A stretch of 64,000 nucleotides of DNA from Thalia democratica (taxonomy: Eukaryota). The notes beneath the pieces were generated by a model. That model saw nothing but the letters and a program-made list of their open reading frames with translations, had not been told where the DNA came from and searched no databases. The translations under genes were made by a program, and so were the position numbers. Location of the stretch: contig OZ241834.1 in the NCBI GenBank assembly GCA_965202585.1, positions 7,502,001 through 7,566,000 of the forward strand, written 5' to 3'. Shown here one piece after another: positions 10,090 to 23,426 of this stretch. The number at the start of each line of letters is the position of its first letter. Position 1 is the first letter of the stretch.

Positions 10090-13000
10090 TAAATAAACTT
10101 AAAAAAAAAAAAAAAAAAAAATTAACTTTGTCTCCAAAACTAAAATTGTCGAGACCTCTTGTGCCCAAGGAATAATCCTTGCATATATTAGTAGTTAAAC
10201 AGCAGCAAAACTTTAATTGTTTAAAATATAGCATTTAAAAGCTGTGATATATCAAATTATTTTTCATATTTTGCTATATATTTAATATACGATGATTTTT
10301 GACTTTTCAAATTTGATTTTTGAGGTTTACTAAAACCTAGACATGTAATTTTATCTACTAAACGAGACATAACTATAGTTATATTTTAAAACTTTTTTTA
10401 TACTGGGTATTTAACTAAAAATTAAAGTTGCTTTAGTTTTAAGAGATACCTTAATACTACTGTTGCTAAGGTACTAAGATTTTTTAATAATGATATTTAA
10501 CTTTTGAAAATTAATCTGACAATTAAACTTTAGATTAAACTATATTATCAACTAAAACTATTATAATACAAAGGAAGTTATATTTCTAAGTCTAAAGAAA
10601 ACGTTCAAATTTCACTTTAATAACAACTCTAAACTGTTATTAGTTAAAATGATCGGAAAACGTTTTTAATGACCTATAAAAATGAAAACTTAAAATTGTA
10701 GACAGAAAAAAAAAAGTTCTTTAAATTATATATATTTAAAATATAAAACGATATAATACTTTAGTGCTAATTAAACCTGTTCTCCATTATTCTTATATTT
10801 AAATTTAAAAAAATCAAAAATCAAAACACAGGAAACACTCACTTCGTTTTATGAAATGCTTAAATTAAAAGCTACTAAATGCAGAGTTAATACTCTTGAA
10901 GCAAAAAAGTCAGTCTAAGCCAGGGGTCGGCAGGTCAAAAAAGGATCGTTTTTTATGCGATTTAAAAAACATATTTAAAGATAGTTTTTTTGAACAAAAA
11001 AGTTTAGGCGATAAATTATCCTTTAAAGATAACACTAACTTGAATACCTAAAAATACAATAATAACAAAATGAATTAGTATCTAGAAAAAAAAAGACTTA
11101 AAACTTGTCTGAGATTTATGAAAAACACACTAGCTAGATTCTAAGTATGGCCGCTGTTGTTTATGCTATACTTTTTTTTAATTAAAGCGTGAAAAATATA
11201 GTCTTGAGGAACTAAGATTATAAAAGTGGAAGTTGTAAAACAGCTAAAAAGTGGAGCTTAATTTTAAAAGCAAAAAAGAATAATCTTTGGTAAGTAAGAT
11301 CCAAGTTACTTTTTTTTCAAAAAAATTAAATAAGCCTGAGTTTTTTCAAAATAGTCTGATCTTGTGGCATCCCTGTAAACACTCAGCGCTTTCCCACTTG
11401 AAAAAGTCTTGAACCGCCCATATATCAAAACACTTCTGTGGACTTCAAGGAGTTCTGACTTGCAATCTTACACAAACCAACTAGTTCTGACTCCTCACTC
11501 AAGCTTCAGTGCTCTCCGTTGCGCATGAATGATTAGTAATGATCTATTTGATTATTAATTACATTACGTCATTTACTCAAAATTTAATCAGGGTAGCGTT
11601 CCGGTTTACTTACTTTTTCCCCATATTCCAACAACGGTCAGCACGTAAAATATGCAATTTCGCTGCACGGTTGCTGTGCACACACGTTTTTAAAGCTTTT
11701 TTGTTATTGTCAATGATAACAAAAAATTTAGTATACTGTGGTGCAGTGGTTACCAAAGTTTACACACGATATAAATCTGTTTTGGGGTGCATGAGTCCTA
11801 ATTAGAAAAGTATTCTAAATTTTGAAACTTACATTAGACATTCTGGATTTCGTGATGAAAAGTCAAAAAAAGATCTCGGGCTAGTTTTGAAACCTACACT
11901 AGATATTACGGGAAATTTCCAAACTTATACTAGATAATTTGGAGTTCGTAATGAAGATCACATTGGGGTAAACATAATTTTTGTTTTGAATTTTACGTTG
12001 CACAGACTTTGATTAGGTTGATAACCAATTCTGTAGTGAATAGTTTTGAAATAGTTTCAGTAAAATTTTAATTACATTTAAACTACCAATTCACAATGTA
12101 CCCAGATTATTCTAAACTGGACATGCCCTATTATGGTAATAAATCGAATTTTTAAATTCTTGAAGTTTTAGTGTAACCATAAACTACATAAATCGACAAC
12201 TTAAAACAAAAGTTTCCAGGTAGTATCTTTTTCAAATTAATTAACTTATGCCTTTTTAAACTTAAGGTTTATTTCAAACTAATCGAAAGAATTTCAGAAC
12301 GTATGAATGAATTCAAAAACACTATCCCAGAACATTTGAACTTGCTTACTTCCAAAAATTGTTTTTAACTAAAAAAGTAAATTTTAACAAGTAACACTAT
12401 AGTTTTATAAAATTTATTTTATTACCCGTGTTTATAAAAAAAAAGTTTAGCATAGTCATACAAAATTATATTACTTAAATAAATTAATAAAATTAAAACT
12501 TGACTTGTTTTAAACACTTAGACATACAGCTTAGCACATATGATAACAAATGAAATTGGAAAACAAAATTTAGAAAAATATGTGTTCACGTTAAGATTAA
12601 ACTTTTAAGAACTTTAAACATCATACAATACTAGACAAATGTGCGAACTTTATTTGGTCAGTAACAAGTATTGATTTTTAGCTTTAATACATAACAAAAT
12701 TTTGTGGAAACTTAAGTTAAAAAAGTCAAAACATTCAAAAATTAAGATTTTAACGTTGGATGTAAATGTTTATATCTGAGTGATGGTATATAATAATTTA
12801 ATACTTTTACAACAATGTGTTTCAAACGCAACCAATAAATAATAACAAAATGTTGGTGTATACGAGTCTATTAAGACGACTTGTTCGCTTGTGTTAAATA
12901 AGAACAAACATAATACTCTGTTAAGCAAAAAGACATATTTGTACAATTTAAGTAAAAAATTTATCTTGCTATAAAAAAAGACATGAGAATTTCTAGAATA

Positions 13001-13178
13001 AAAAAAATATATTGAGTTAGAAAGTTTAAGTAGCATAAATAAACAATTAAAACAAATTTCGACATTTAATCGTTTTTAGAACAGTAAAACAATATAATAT
13101 CACTTAGGCAAAAACTTTAAAGTCACAAAGCAGTAAGGCTTAACAACAAAAAGCTACATTGAATTATTTTTTTGTGAA

Positions 13179-16100
13179 TTATTTTTGTTTACAATTTTGC
13201 TTTGTATTTTTCCACTCTATAAAGGCGTCAATGTACGTGAATATTGGTTGGTAGTACCTGAAATAAATTTAAAGTTAAAATGTTGCTTTTTATAGCCTTG
13301 TATAAACACTTCATAATCAATAAAAGTTTAAACAAGTCTTCTAAACAGTTGTATTTTTAAATTTTTTTGATAAGATAAAAAGTTAGTATAATTCGAAAAA
13401 CTTAAAAAAAAATAAATAATAAAAATGAAAAAGTTATAGGTTTTAAGTTGCAAATGGTTTTTGTATACAACATAATCCCTTCTGACAATAATCTTTAATT
13501 TCAGTTTTACTAAAAAAATACAAACTAAAAAATTAAAAAAAACACGCTTTTTAATGTTTTGAACTTTCAAACGACCCAACAAGATACAAAATAAATTCTC
13601 ACTTGTTTCCGAACTCGTGATGTTTGTGGTGTTTGGTGGGGCCCGCAATCAACCCGTGGGGCAGTATTTTGTGGTAACCCCACGGAAAATCGTACCCGCT
13701 GTGGTTGTCCAGCAGTATCAGCACAAACAGAATAATGAACAAGCTCCTCGTGAGCGGGTGGGCTCCTTGCATCTTAAATACATATTACGTTTGTTTTTAT
13801 TTTAAATATGTACAAATGATTATATCGTGCTCAGAAAATTATGATTTTAATCAATTTTACCTTTTATTCTGCAGTGACGTCATAATTAAATAAATGTTTA
13901 ATTTCTTTGTAACCTTATCAAGTATTTTTACCCGTAAAAATAATTAAGTTGAAACTAGAGAAATTTTATTTTACTAATCTTTACTGCTAACTTTGATTGA
14001 CCGTTTTCAAAAAGCTAACTGGCTAATTTACCACAATAGTATGCAATTCAAACAAAATGGTCTTTTCCATAGAATATGAAAACGGACTTACTTCATAGGG
14101 TCATTAGATAATTTTTTATAAAACTTAATAAGCTATAAAAACAGAAGCATTCAGCTCTGTGTACAAAAAAAGAACAAATGTAACTAAGGAACAAATTAGT
14201 CTTACTAAAACAACTTTTATTTGCAGAACTAATAATATGAGTTTTGTTATACTGCAGTGCTTGTTGTTAGAACAATGACAAGGCAAAATAAAAACCAAAT
14301 GTTAAGAACGCTTTTTTTTACAATACAACCATTATTATCTAACAAAAGTATCAAACAAACCAAATAAATAACTGAATACTCATTAATTTCATCAATCAAT
14401 TAGAGCTAAGACCAAAAAAAGTAGTATATTAACTTAAATGTGCAGTTTGAACAAAAATTTAGTTAAAGTTGCGTTTTTTATTAAAGAATTAAAACCATCT
14501 ATGTAAAATTAATAAGAAACTTGCGGTATTACTATTGAAAACAATAAGAGCTAAAAAAAACTTGAAAAAAAATGCTTATGCTGTACAGTAAATATCAACA
14601 CAATATGCGAGTGTCAGAGTTGCCTAAGGTTTTTTAAAAAGTTTTTCCAAGTTTTCTAAATTTCTTTCACGTTTTTAAATGTACAAGTTTTTTTGTACAT
14701 TTTTAGTATAAAACTAAATTTTTGGTAAAAAATTGTCTTAAAAAGTGAAAAAAATGAGTAGATACTGTTGTGCTAACATTAAATGTGTTTTTAAATAAAT
14801 AACATTCTAAATGATACCAAAATAATTAAATTTTTATGATAGATTTTTTGTACCTAATTAAAACTCTATTATTTTACATGTGAAACTTGTTTGAAATTCT
14901 AGTTTTTTTTTTAATTTCTCAAATCCTAGGATTTTTTTGTCTAAATTATCAAATTCCAGGTTTTTGGAAAACATAGAGTGCTAATTATATAATATACTTT
15001 ATAAATTTACACAGTGAAGCTTAAAATAGGTAAATCGAAATGCACTCAAAGTAACAAAAGTAAAAGAAAAAAATAAAACGTTATGTTTAACAAGCCTTAC
15101 TGCAAATTAGTAAAAACCGACATAGCAAGAAATTTGAAAAACATAATTGATAAATCTTCCAAAATAAGCAAACTGACCAAAACAATTTAAAACTAAGTGA
15201 TAACAGTATCATTAATGTATAAAATTATAAAAATAATAATGAAGAAATTCTGGAAAAATCAAGCAAGTAAAACAAACTAATAAGCTATGATTTTGTACAA
15301 ATAAAAGTAAGTACTTTTTAAAAAGTGGTAACTTTAAAGAAAAGAAGACAATCATGAACTTAAATATAGATTTCATGATTTAACTAAAAGAAGGTAAAAC
15401 AGTTAATCAAACAATAAAAATAAGCAAATCAAACTAACTTGATAGATCTTCAGAAGCAGTACACAAACTGAGAACAGCAAACAAAGATTTGATATTGAAT
15501 AGTAAACAATTTGAAAAAAAAAATTGTAAGTACAATGAGCAGACAAAACAAAAACCGGATGTCAAAAACGCTTGTTTTACAATACAACCATTATATAATG
15601 GGTATTTTAACTAGTGATGTACCGGACCCACAATTTCGGATCCGGCCGGACCCGGATCCGGACTTTTTTTTCAAATAAGAATCCGGCCGGAACCGGATCC
15701 GGACTTTTTTTTCAAACTTTAATCCGGCCGGAACCGGACCCGGACTTTTTTTTCAAATTAGAATCCGGCCGGAACCGGATCCGGACTTTTTTTTCAAATT
15801 AGAATCCGGCCGGATCCGGATATCAGACAAAAATGGCAATATCCGGCCGGACCCGGATAGTGAGTCCGGTACATCACTAGAATAAACTAGCCTGAGTCAG
15901 AATGAGGTTTTTAAAAACTGAAAAAAAAGAACTTTAATCTTATAATAAGTAGAACAGCTAGCCACAAGGTTTACAAATTTAGTTGTTATTTACAATTAAA
16001 AATCTGAAATCAAGTTCTTGAACAAAATACAGTAGAAAATTACAAAATATTGAAAACTGGATCAGTTCAAATTCATTCAAAATCTAAAAGAAAACTAGCC

Positions 16101-19100
16101 TGAGTTTTTATAAAAAACTAAACTAGCCTGAGGCAATCCAAGATTTTCTAAAATTCTCAAAAATTTTAAAACTAGCAGGGTTGCCACTGTTTAAGTCAAT
16201 AAAACTAGCTAGAGTGAGTATAAACAAGTCTAACTCAGAATGAGGTTTTTAAAAACTGAAAAAATTACTTTAATCTAATAATCAGTAGAACAGCTAGCAA
16301 AGGTTGACAATTTGGTAGTAAAGTTGTGGACTGATTGTGGTACACTTAACTTATTAGTACTACCCATCATAATTAAATCCTACCTTATTTAATTAATATC
16401 TAACAAATACTAAATTCTGACTGAGACTACTTTCTATAATCAGACACGACAGTTTTGAGTGATGAATCTTTTATATAAAACACAACAAGAAATACTAGCA
16501 TATACAAAATTATTAATTACTTTGGTAACACTTCAAAAACTGGAAGCTATTTAAATCTATATCAAAAGACTTAAAAAAAAAATTAAATAAAACTTTTAAT
16601 AAACAAGAAATAGTAAAATTTATAATAAACTATTAAGCTATAAACCTGGTTTAAATATTTAAACAATTAAACACCTATTGAAATATTTACTTTTAAGACA
16701 AAACACTTCTACTTACAATAAGCATTCACAAAAACGTTCAAGATATTTTGTTGCTTCAAGCTACACACCAAACTAACTAACTGCTTACATATAATCTGCC
16801 TGTCATGTTCTGATGTTTTGTTGCATCAGTATTTAGTTTGAAACATTTCGTCATATGATTCTCATTGGCTCGTTCATTCAACCGTATTAACTCTAAATAT
16901 TCTCTGAGCTCAACTTTCAACAATAAATAATGCAAGTATTCATTCCAAAGTTTTCAATTTTACAACATATGTAAAGAGTTGCATTTCATGAAATGTTTAT
17001 TTCATAGTTTAAATGTAAACAAATGTAAATTAGTCACGTGTACAAAATGAGCCAATCACGGTAGGTTTTTAATTTTAACTGACGAAAATGACTATTATTA
17101 ATTTATACAGGGTTTGATTTTGAAAAAATACTTTTCAGTATGCTCTTTTGTACTAACTAGATCCGGGTCCGGCCGGATTTCTGTTAGGATCCGGCCGGAC
17201 CCGGATCCGGACTTTTTTTTCAAACTTGAATCCGGCCGGAACCGGACCCGAACTTTTTTTTCCAAATTAGAATCCGGCCGGAACCGGATCCGGACTTTTT
17301 TTTCAAATTAGAATCCGGCCGGATCCGGATATCAGACAAAAATGGCAATATCCGGCCGGACCCGGACCCGGATAGTGAGTCCGGTACATCACTAATTTTA
17401 ACGTACAAACTATAGTTCTAAATATTTTAGAAAAAGGAACCTTGCATAATAGAACAACTTAACTGACGAAATATGTAATACAAATAATATTCAAATAGCT
17501 TTAGAAAGTAAAATAAAATGAAACTACAAAAACCTTTAATTCTAAACTATGAGTATATCTGAATGTTTTGTAAATTTTTGGTAGTCAAAAAAGTTTTGTT
17601 TAAATTTTTATATTTTTTAACTTTTTATATTCGTGTTAAAAATTTTCATAATAAATTTTTCTATTTGATAATTCAAATGATTATTTGAACATCAAATTTG
17701 AAACTGAAATCAATCAAAAATTTAAAGCAATCAAACTAAAAAAACTACTTACCACATAATTTCACGCTTGATTAATTTCAAAACCAACTTAAACGGTATA
17801 ATTATATACGGAAAAAAACAGTAAAGTAAAACTATAATTATATACAAAGCAGCACTTGCTTATACATATATATTTTTAATTACTTAAACTCAAACTATCA
17901 ATTAAATATATTTATTATTCAAAATAATGCGAGTAAAAAATTTGAGTTTTACTAAAAAACTATTTAAGGCAAGTCGGATTTAATAAACAGGCGAAGCTTA
18001 AAATAGTGGAATAGAAACCACGCTTAAAATAACAGCTGCGTTTCGTATAAATATTTGACAGATGCGTAAATTGACAATATTTTATGATCTGTTTTTATAA
18101 GGACTAAAAAATCGACTACTACTTAACGAATTTCATATGCCCTCGTTTTACTTTCTTTTACTTAAAAATAATTACATTTCCGAACTTCAACTAAATGTAA
18201 AATATTAAAATTTGGAATATATAATAATTTTTATTTAGAATAATTAGAAACAAAGAACATCAATAATAATTATGGCTAAATAAAGAAAGACAACAACCCT
18301 GCGTCCAAAACCAAAACTTTTAGATAAAAAAAAAAGTTAAAATAAGAGCAAAATAACAATTTAGACTTACTGACACTTGTACGTTATAATTTTTTAAATA
18401 GGCTAACTAAAGCTATTTTGTTTAAAACAACATAAACGTAACAAGTGTATATATAAAATTTGCATATAAAATTTATTTTGCTGCAAATAGCAACAAAACG
18501 TTTGTCAGCAACATCAATGATTAGTTATTGTTGTCAAAAAAGTAGTTTTATAACAGTAATACCTTCAAGCCGGCATTGGCGGACAATATGAGCGCCATCC
18601 TTTCAACAACGTGCAGCCTGTTGGTCACCTTCACGTTTATCACCTTGTGGTTGTGATGCACGCAGTGGTAGTTTCTGTTAAATTAATAAAAATAAATTCT
18701 ACACTGAGCTGAATAATTAGTAACTTTTTTATTCCCGGTTTTCTACTTTAAAAATTTAGCACCGTTATTCAAGCAATAAAATTAACAATAAGGAATTAAA
18801 TTCATCAACACATTCCTAAAAGCAATTTGTTTTAAAATAAAATATTATCTAAAAACTTGAGAGTATTTATAAAATACAAAATTATTTATTTTAAAATGAA
18901 AAAATAAACTTATAAAACTGATGATAAAAATAAATTATTTACTGTACAAAAGAAAATAACGGGTTAAGTTTTACTACTAGATTCTAATTACTTATTTTAA
19001 AAATCTAGTATTGTTATTCAAGCTACAAACAATATGCTCACTTGTAAAGATAAGGAACTTTGTGAAAAGTGTAGTGTTGGCAGAAGAAGAGTATATCGTA

Positions 19101-22100
19101 TACGAACAAGGCGACGCAAATGTGAATGATCATGTCTTGCACTCTGGGAGGATCTTCCGGAAGTGCTCGTGTGATCTGTTGTGGGGAATGTCAAAAATTC
19201 AAGAGGTAATTTATAAAAAAATATTTAATTTTTTTTTTTAATTTCTGTTTGAAACTACTTTTAAAAATGCATATAAAGAAATAAGAGAAAAATAAAACAT
19301 ACTACATAACTAGAGCTTGTTTTAAACTTTAATCTACCTGAATCAAGTCTAGTATCTAAACTAAACTAGTATTGATTTAAAGAAATAAAAATATAATGTG
19401 AAGCCTAAAAAAAAGTATAATGTAACATTCATTATATTAAATAAAAATAAATTTGCTTTATGTTACTTAATTATAATTAAAAGAAAAAAAAAAGGAACCT
19501 TTGTAGCTAACTTTAACATAAACAAATAATATTACAAAAAACCTCAAGTTCAACTTCAAAATTATTTTGAAATATTTATGGTTCTAACCTGTATCCAGTC
19601 GAGTCTTTTTGTCTTGATAACTTCATCAGTAACGCCGAAGTAATGCTTCACGTGGAATGTGTCCAGCATCATCAACGGAAAGCAGTAAGTGAACGCTTCC
19701 ACTAACAGTTGCTTTGGCGGAAACGTTTCAAACAATATGCTCGTTCCTTTGATTCTGATGAAAATTATTTTAGAGGTTAACAAAACATATATTTTGTAAA
19801 CGATAAATTATACTTTTTAACCGTAAAGTACAGGGTGTTAATAAGTATAAGATCAAGTTTTGTTTTTGAAAATCAATAAGAAGTTCAAAAATATTTGTTG
19901 AAGTAATACAAAATTCAAACTGTAAGTAGCATCAATTCAATAGATTATATATTAAAAACTTTTAGAATAAAAGAAAAAGAGTTTTTTAGAAGCACTTTCT
20001 CGTTAATTAAACTTAATATTACTTTGAAATATAAAAAAATCATTAGACAAAACTTTATTTTAATAACGCTATAAAAATTCTTTCAAAAAAAAAAGATTCG
20101 AAAGACAAAATATGTGTTACGCTCAAAACAAACTTTGAAAAATAAGCATATAGAATAATATTAACCGAGATAAATTATTTTCGCAGGAACCGACGAATGT
20201 TATTTTGCGTTAGACTGCCTACATGGCTCCAACTAGGTTTTTTTTGAAGTCAGTTTTGAATCCCTAGTAGAACTTAAGTACAATATTTGTATTTGCTTTA
20301 ATTCATATGTTTAATACTAACAATAGCAATGATCTATAGTAGCGAAGTCCAATTTTAAAGATAAATGGATCACATTGCAAACATTAACATTTAACTAGAC
20401 CACAAAACCAACTTTAAAACAATTTGAAGAAAAAAACTACAATAAAACACGTCAATTCACTTAAACATCAATTGCATCTTCAAAACATAGTGTAGGTATT
20501 ATTATGTTCAAACGAAGTTATAAATGGATATATTTAGCTAGTTTTAGTTGAGTGGGACTTTTGACTTTGTCTAAACCTAATGTTAAAAAATTATTTCTTA
20601 TAATTAACTTAAAATTAAAATTAAACTTAATTCTTTAATTATTAAATTTGTTTGAGATTGATTTTAAAAACTAAAGCCTAATAGTGGGTTACATGAAAAA
20701 GTGGACATGAATGTGTACGATTGAGTATTACATGTTTGAACAATTTTATAATCAGCTATTTACAACTAGTAAATCTATATTAGCCATCAAATTTAAGATT
20801 TCAAAATTTTTACGAGTAAGTAAAAATAAAAGTAAGTACTTAGTTTTAAAACTCAACTAAAAAATGTAATTCAAGAACCATGCGTTTTTATTTATTTCCA
20901 GTTTAATTAGATTCATAATAAATTTGTATTTGGAATTTTTTTTAATTAGTTACCAAAGGAAGTAAACTAAATCTAATAACTTTGAACTAAATACTTAAAG
21001 ATGTGTATTTTTAAAAGCTTGTAAGTAGTATTTTTAGCCAGTAGTTTTCATAAAAACTAAATAACATTGAGTATAGTTTTAGACTAAACAATAATACATT
21101 GAAAAAAGTAACTAGTTATAAAGTAAATTAGTTCTCTTTCAAATTTTATTAATTTCAGATTTCATATATTTTATATACTTAAATATCATTTTATTACCAA
21201 ACAAAAGCACGTTTAAAACCAAATGGCATAAAGAGCATTCCAGCAAAAAAATGTAGGTTTTTCTTTAATCAATACAAAAAATTAAAAAAAAAAAGTACTT
21301 CTATACTATATAAGGTTTGAAGAAAATGTATTCAAAAAAAAAAAGTGTAAAGTTCCTTTTTCTTAAAACTATATAATAAAAAGTCTAATTATTTAAATAA
21401 GCTCACTTTAAATTGTATATTGTTAGTTAAAAAAGGAACATGCACAATAAGAATTTAAGATATAATTATTCATTCAATAAATGCAAGAAAATAATAGAAA
21501 ACTTTATTGAACTAGAACAGGGGTCGCCAAACTGCGGCACAATGTACTTTTTAGCTAACTAAAAACTTTTCTAACAAAAAAATATTTATAATAACTTATA
21601 ATAAGGTTTACAACTTAGTACTTAACGTTGCTTACTTTGTCACATTTCGGTTTTATACTAATTAATTCATAACGTTTTTATACTAGTAGATAAAATCATT
21701 TTCAAAATACGACCAATGAGCAACTTTGTAATTATGAAAATTAGCCCTTCACTTATAAAAGTTACCAACCCCTGAACGAGAAACTAAATAAATAATACAA
21801 ATGCTTTGTAAAAGGCTTTATTTTATTGGTTATAGGTTTCACTGCAAAGCAGTTTTTAAAACTAGGAAATGCAAATAAATCAACAAAATTGATACAAACA
21901 AAAAATTAAGAATAACATAAATTAAGACAATAATAAAATAAACTTAATAATATCAATAATAATATAGTACTTATTATATTACTCTTAAAGTTTCATGAAA
22001 TTCGTTGTATTAATACATAAAATCTAAGTTTAAAAACATAGGTATTAATTATTTAAAAGATAAACATTTTTTTTCAGTATTTTTAGTAGTTAGTAGATTA

Positions 22101-23426
22101 AACTTTTTTAGTTATATCCTTAAGTTTAAACAGATTGAGAAGAGTTATGATTTCAAACAAAAACATAAGTAAAAAAAATGAAATTAAAACTGCACAACTT
22201 TTAAAAATGGAAAATTTAAGAAAAAGAAACAATTAGGTTTAAGGTTCCTTTAACATTCACACATGTTTTCCCTACAAAAAAATACTGAGCTAGTGTTTTA
22301 CATGCTTTAGCTCTAGTTAAAAACTCATATGGTTAGTTACCACTAATTTTGTAGTATTTTTACTTTTTAAGGTATAAACTATAAATAAAAGTTTTATAAA
22401 CATGTGTAGTGTTTAAAGCTTCAAAAATTGTTAACTCACAAAATAACACTTAAAACATTAACGTAATACTTTTTTTAATTTAGTGAAAAATAAACAAAAT
22501 ATTTTAGAAGATGTATAAGCAAAATAGATTCTTCAACTGTAAATATGTTTATTAGTATAATTGTTCTGCTAAAAAACTTATACACTACCAATTACCAATA
22601 AAAACTTTAAGCCGTTTTTTGGACCTTAAATTTGATTAGACAACAAACATAAAATAACTTGTACCATAATAAAAATTTAGTATAACTAAACTAGCAAACC
22701 ACTTTCAAAAAATTAAGCACAACTTATTAAAAGTGTCAAAATAAACATATTTTTAATAAACTTAATTATGATAAAGTAATTAAAATCAAACGTGTAAAAT
22801 ATTTTTCAAAAATTGTTAATTTGAAATAAACAAACTTTACAACATTTTAGATAGTTCATAACTTAAAATTCTACAAACTAAATATAATACTTTTCTTAAA
22901 AAGCTTTAAATAATATCAAAAAGTATAATTATTTTTTTTTATTTACTGTTTTGGTTTAAAATAAATAATAAACAAAATGACGTTTGTAGTAAAAAATCTT
23001 ATAAAGAATTTTATGTGAATATAATAATTTTTACTTAAAATGTTTAATAATAAAAACAAATAAGAAAAAAAGACTACTTTTATTAAATTCAATAAAAGGT
23101 TTGAAATAATTCTTGAAATACTGCAAAACTTAAATTAAAATTGTAGTTGTAAAAGTTATTAATATATTAACAAATTAATCAAAAACTGACCTGTAGCTTT
23201 CAAAAAGTCTGTTTTTAGCAATGAACCTCCACGGGCGCATGGCAGGAAAAGCCCACAGAGCCACAAAAAATGTTTCATTGTACACGGTTCTGTACCACGG
23301 TTGAGTTTTCACAAAAGCCCAAACAACATTCACACAGCTTTGGATGAAATCCAAGTTGATCCAACCAACCAAAATAAGTAGTGCTGAGGCAAATCGAGCA
23401 AATGTAGTGATTTGACTTGGAGTCAT
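13179..23426 (-). CDS. Fatty-acid hydroxylase/sterol desaturase superfamily protein, cholesterol 25-hydroxylase-like (298 aa, 6 exons)
   Basis: Exons 23426-23191, 19754-19589, 19175-19042, 18674-18563, 13772-13603 and 13257-13179 total 897 nt, in phase, all GT-AG. His boxes HYTFH, HCVHH, HSGYDFPW and HHKHH, plus C-terminal YYQPIFTYID. Confidence 0.93.
14615..14975 (-). mobile_element. Degenerate non-autonomous hAT-type element related to the 40787 element
   Basis: Begins CAGAGTTGCC. The reverse complement of 14930-14972 (AAAAACCTGGAATTTGATAATTTAGACAAAAAAA) matches 40812-40848 (AAAAATCTGGATTTTGAAAATCTAGGCAAAAAAA). Confidence 0.45.
15612..15879. mobile_element. 268-bp hAT MITE module with ~41-bp CCGG-rich palindromic subterminal repeats
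   Basis: Four units of AATCCGGCCGGA(A/C)CCGGA(T/C)CCGGACTTTTTTTTCAAA… lie between two 16-bp TIRs. It has no TSD of its own (ATTTTAAC vs GAATAAAC). Confidence 0.85.
15887..16312 (+). repeat. ~90-bp direct duplication inside the composite element spacer
   Basis: TCAGAATGAGGTTTTTAAAAACTGAAAAAA…CTTTAATCT…AGTAGAACAGCTAGC…AAGGTT(T/G)ACAA occurs at ~15897-15980 and ~16235-16312. Confidence 0.75.
17161..17394. mobile_element. Second MITE module lacking the left TIR
   Basis: Same 41-bp units and same right end (TATCAGACAAAAATGGCAATATCCGGCCGG…GATAGTGAGTCCGGTACATCACTA) as 15612-15879. Confidence 0.85.
21518..21774. mobile_element. hAT (Charlie-type) MITE in intron 1 of the CH25H-like gene
   Basis: TIRs CAGGGGTCGCCAA / TTACCAACCCCTG. 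The 8-bp flanks AACTAGAA / AACGAGAA match 7/8, with a CTAG-centred target typical of Charlie elements. Confidence 0.75.

Larger units (their letters stand above)
8160..10121 (+). mobile_element. Penelope-like retroelement (Naiad-type), 5'-truncated, with 3' pLTR/tail and terminal A-run
   Basis: RT+GIY-YIG frame, followed by a ~390-nt 3' region holding a hammerhead motif, AATAAA (~10088-10097) and an A-run at 10101-10121. Confidence 0.93.
15612..17394. mobile_element. Composite non-autonomous hAT unit (left end - right end - 1.28-kb spacer - right end) with 8-bp TSD
   Basis: TIR TAGTGATGTACCGGAC starts at 15612. GTCCGGTACATCACTA ends at both 15879 and 17394. ATTTTAAC flanks only the outermost ends (15604-15611 and 17395-17402). 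The TAGTGATG terminus resembles the Ac-type hAT end TAGGGATG. Confidence 0.9.

Noticed and set aside
10921-11375. hAT MITE starting CAGGGGTCGGCA
   Set aside because: Only a poor right-end candidate (TGGCATCCCTG) and no matching TSD, so boundaries cannot be supported.
11345-11530. Minus-strand frame MRNGEH*SLSEESELVGLCKIASQ… resembling a pogo/Tc1 N-terminus
   Set aside because: Multiple stops and no diagnostic motif; the similarity is too weak to call by eye.
15330-15610. A-rich coiled-coil-like reading frame antisense in the CH25H-like intron
   Set aside because: Contains stops and no motif; compatible with random A-rich sequence.
15614-17408. ORFs 15614-15802, 17114-17311 and 17220-17408, and a CRISPR-like look of the 41-bp repeats
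   Set aside because: The ORFs are translations of the MITE subterminal repeats. The units are contiguous, with no unique spacers and no cas genes, and lie within TIRs and a TSD in a eukaryotic intron.
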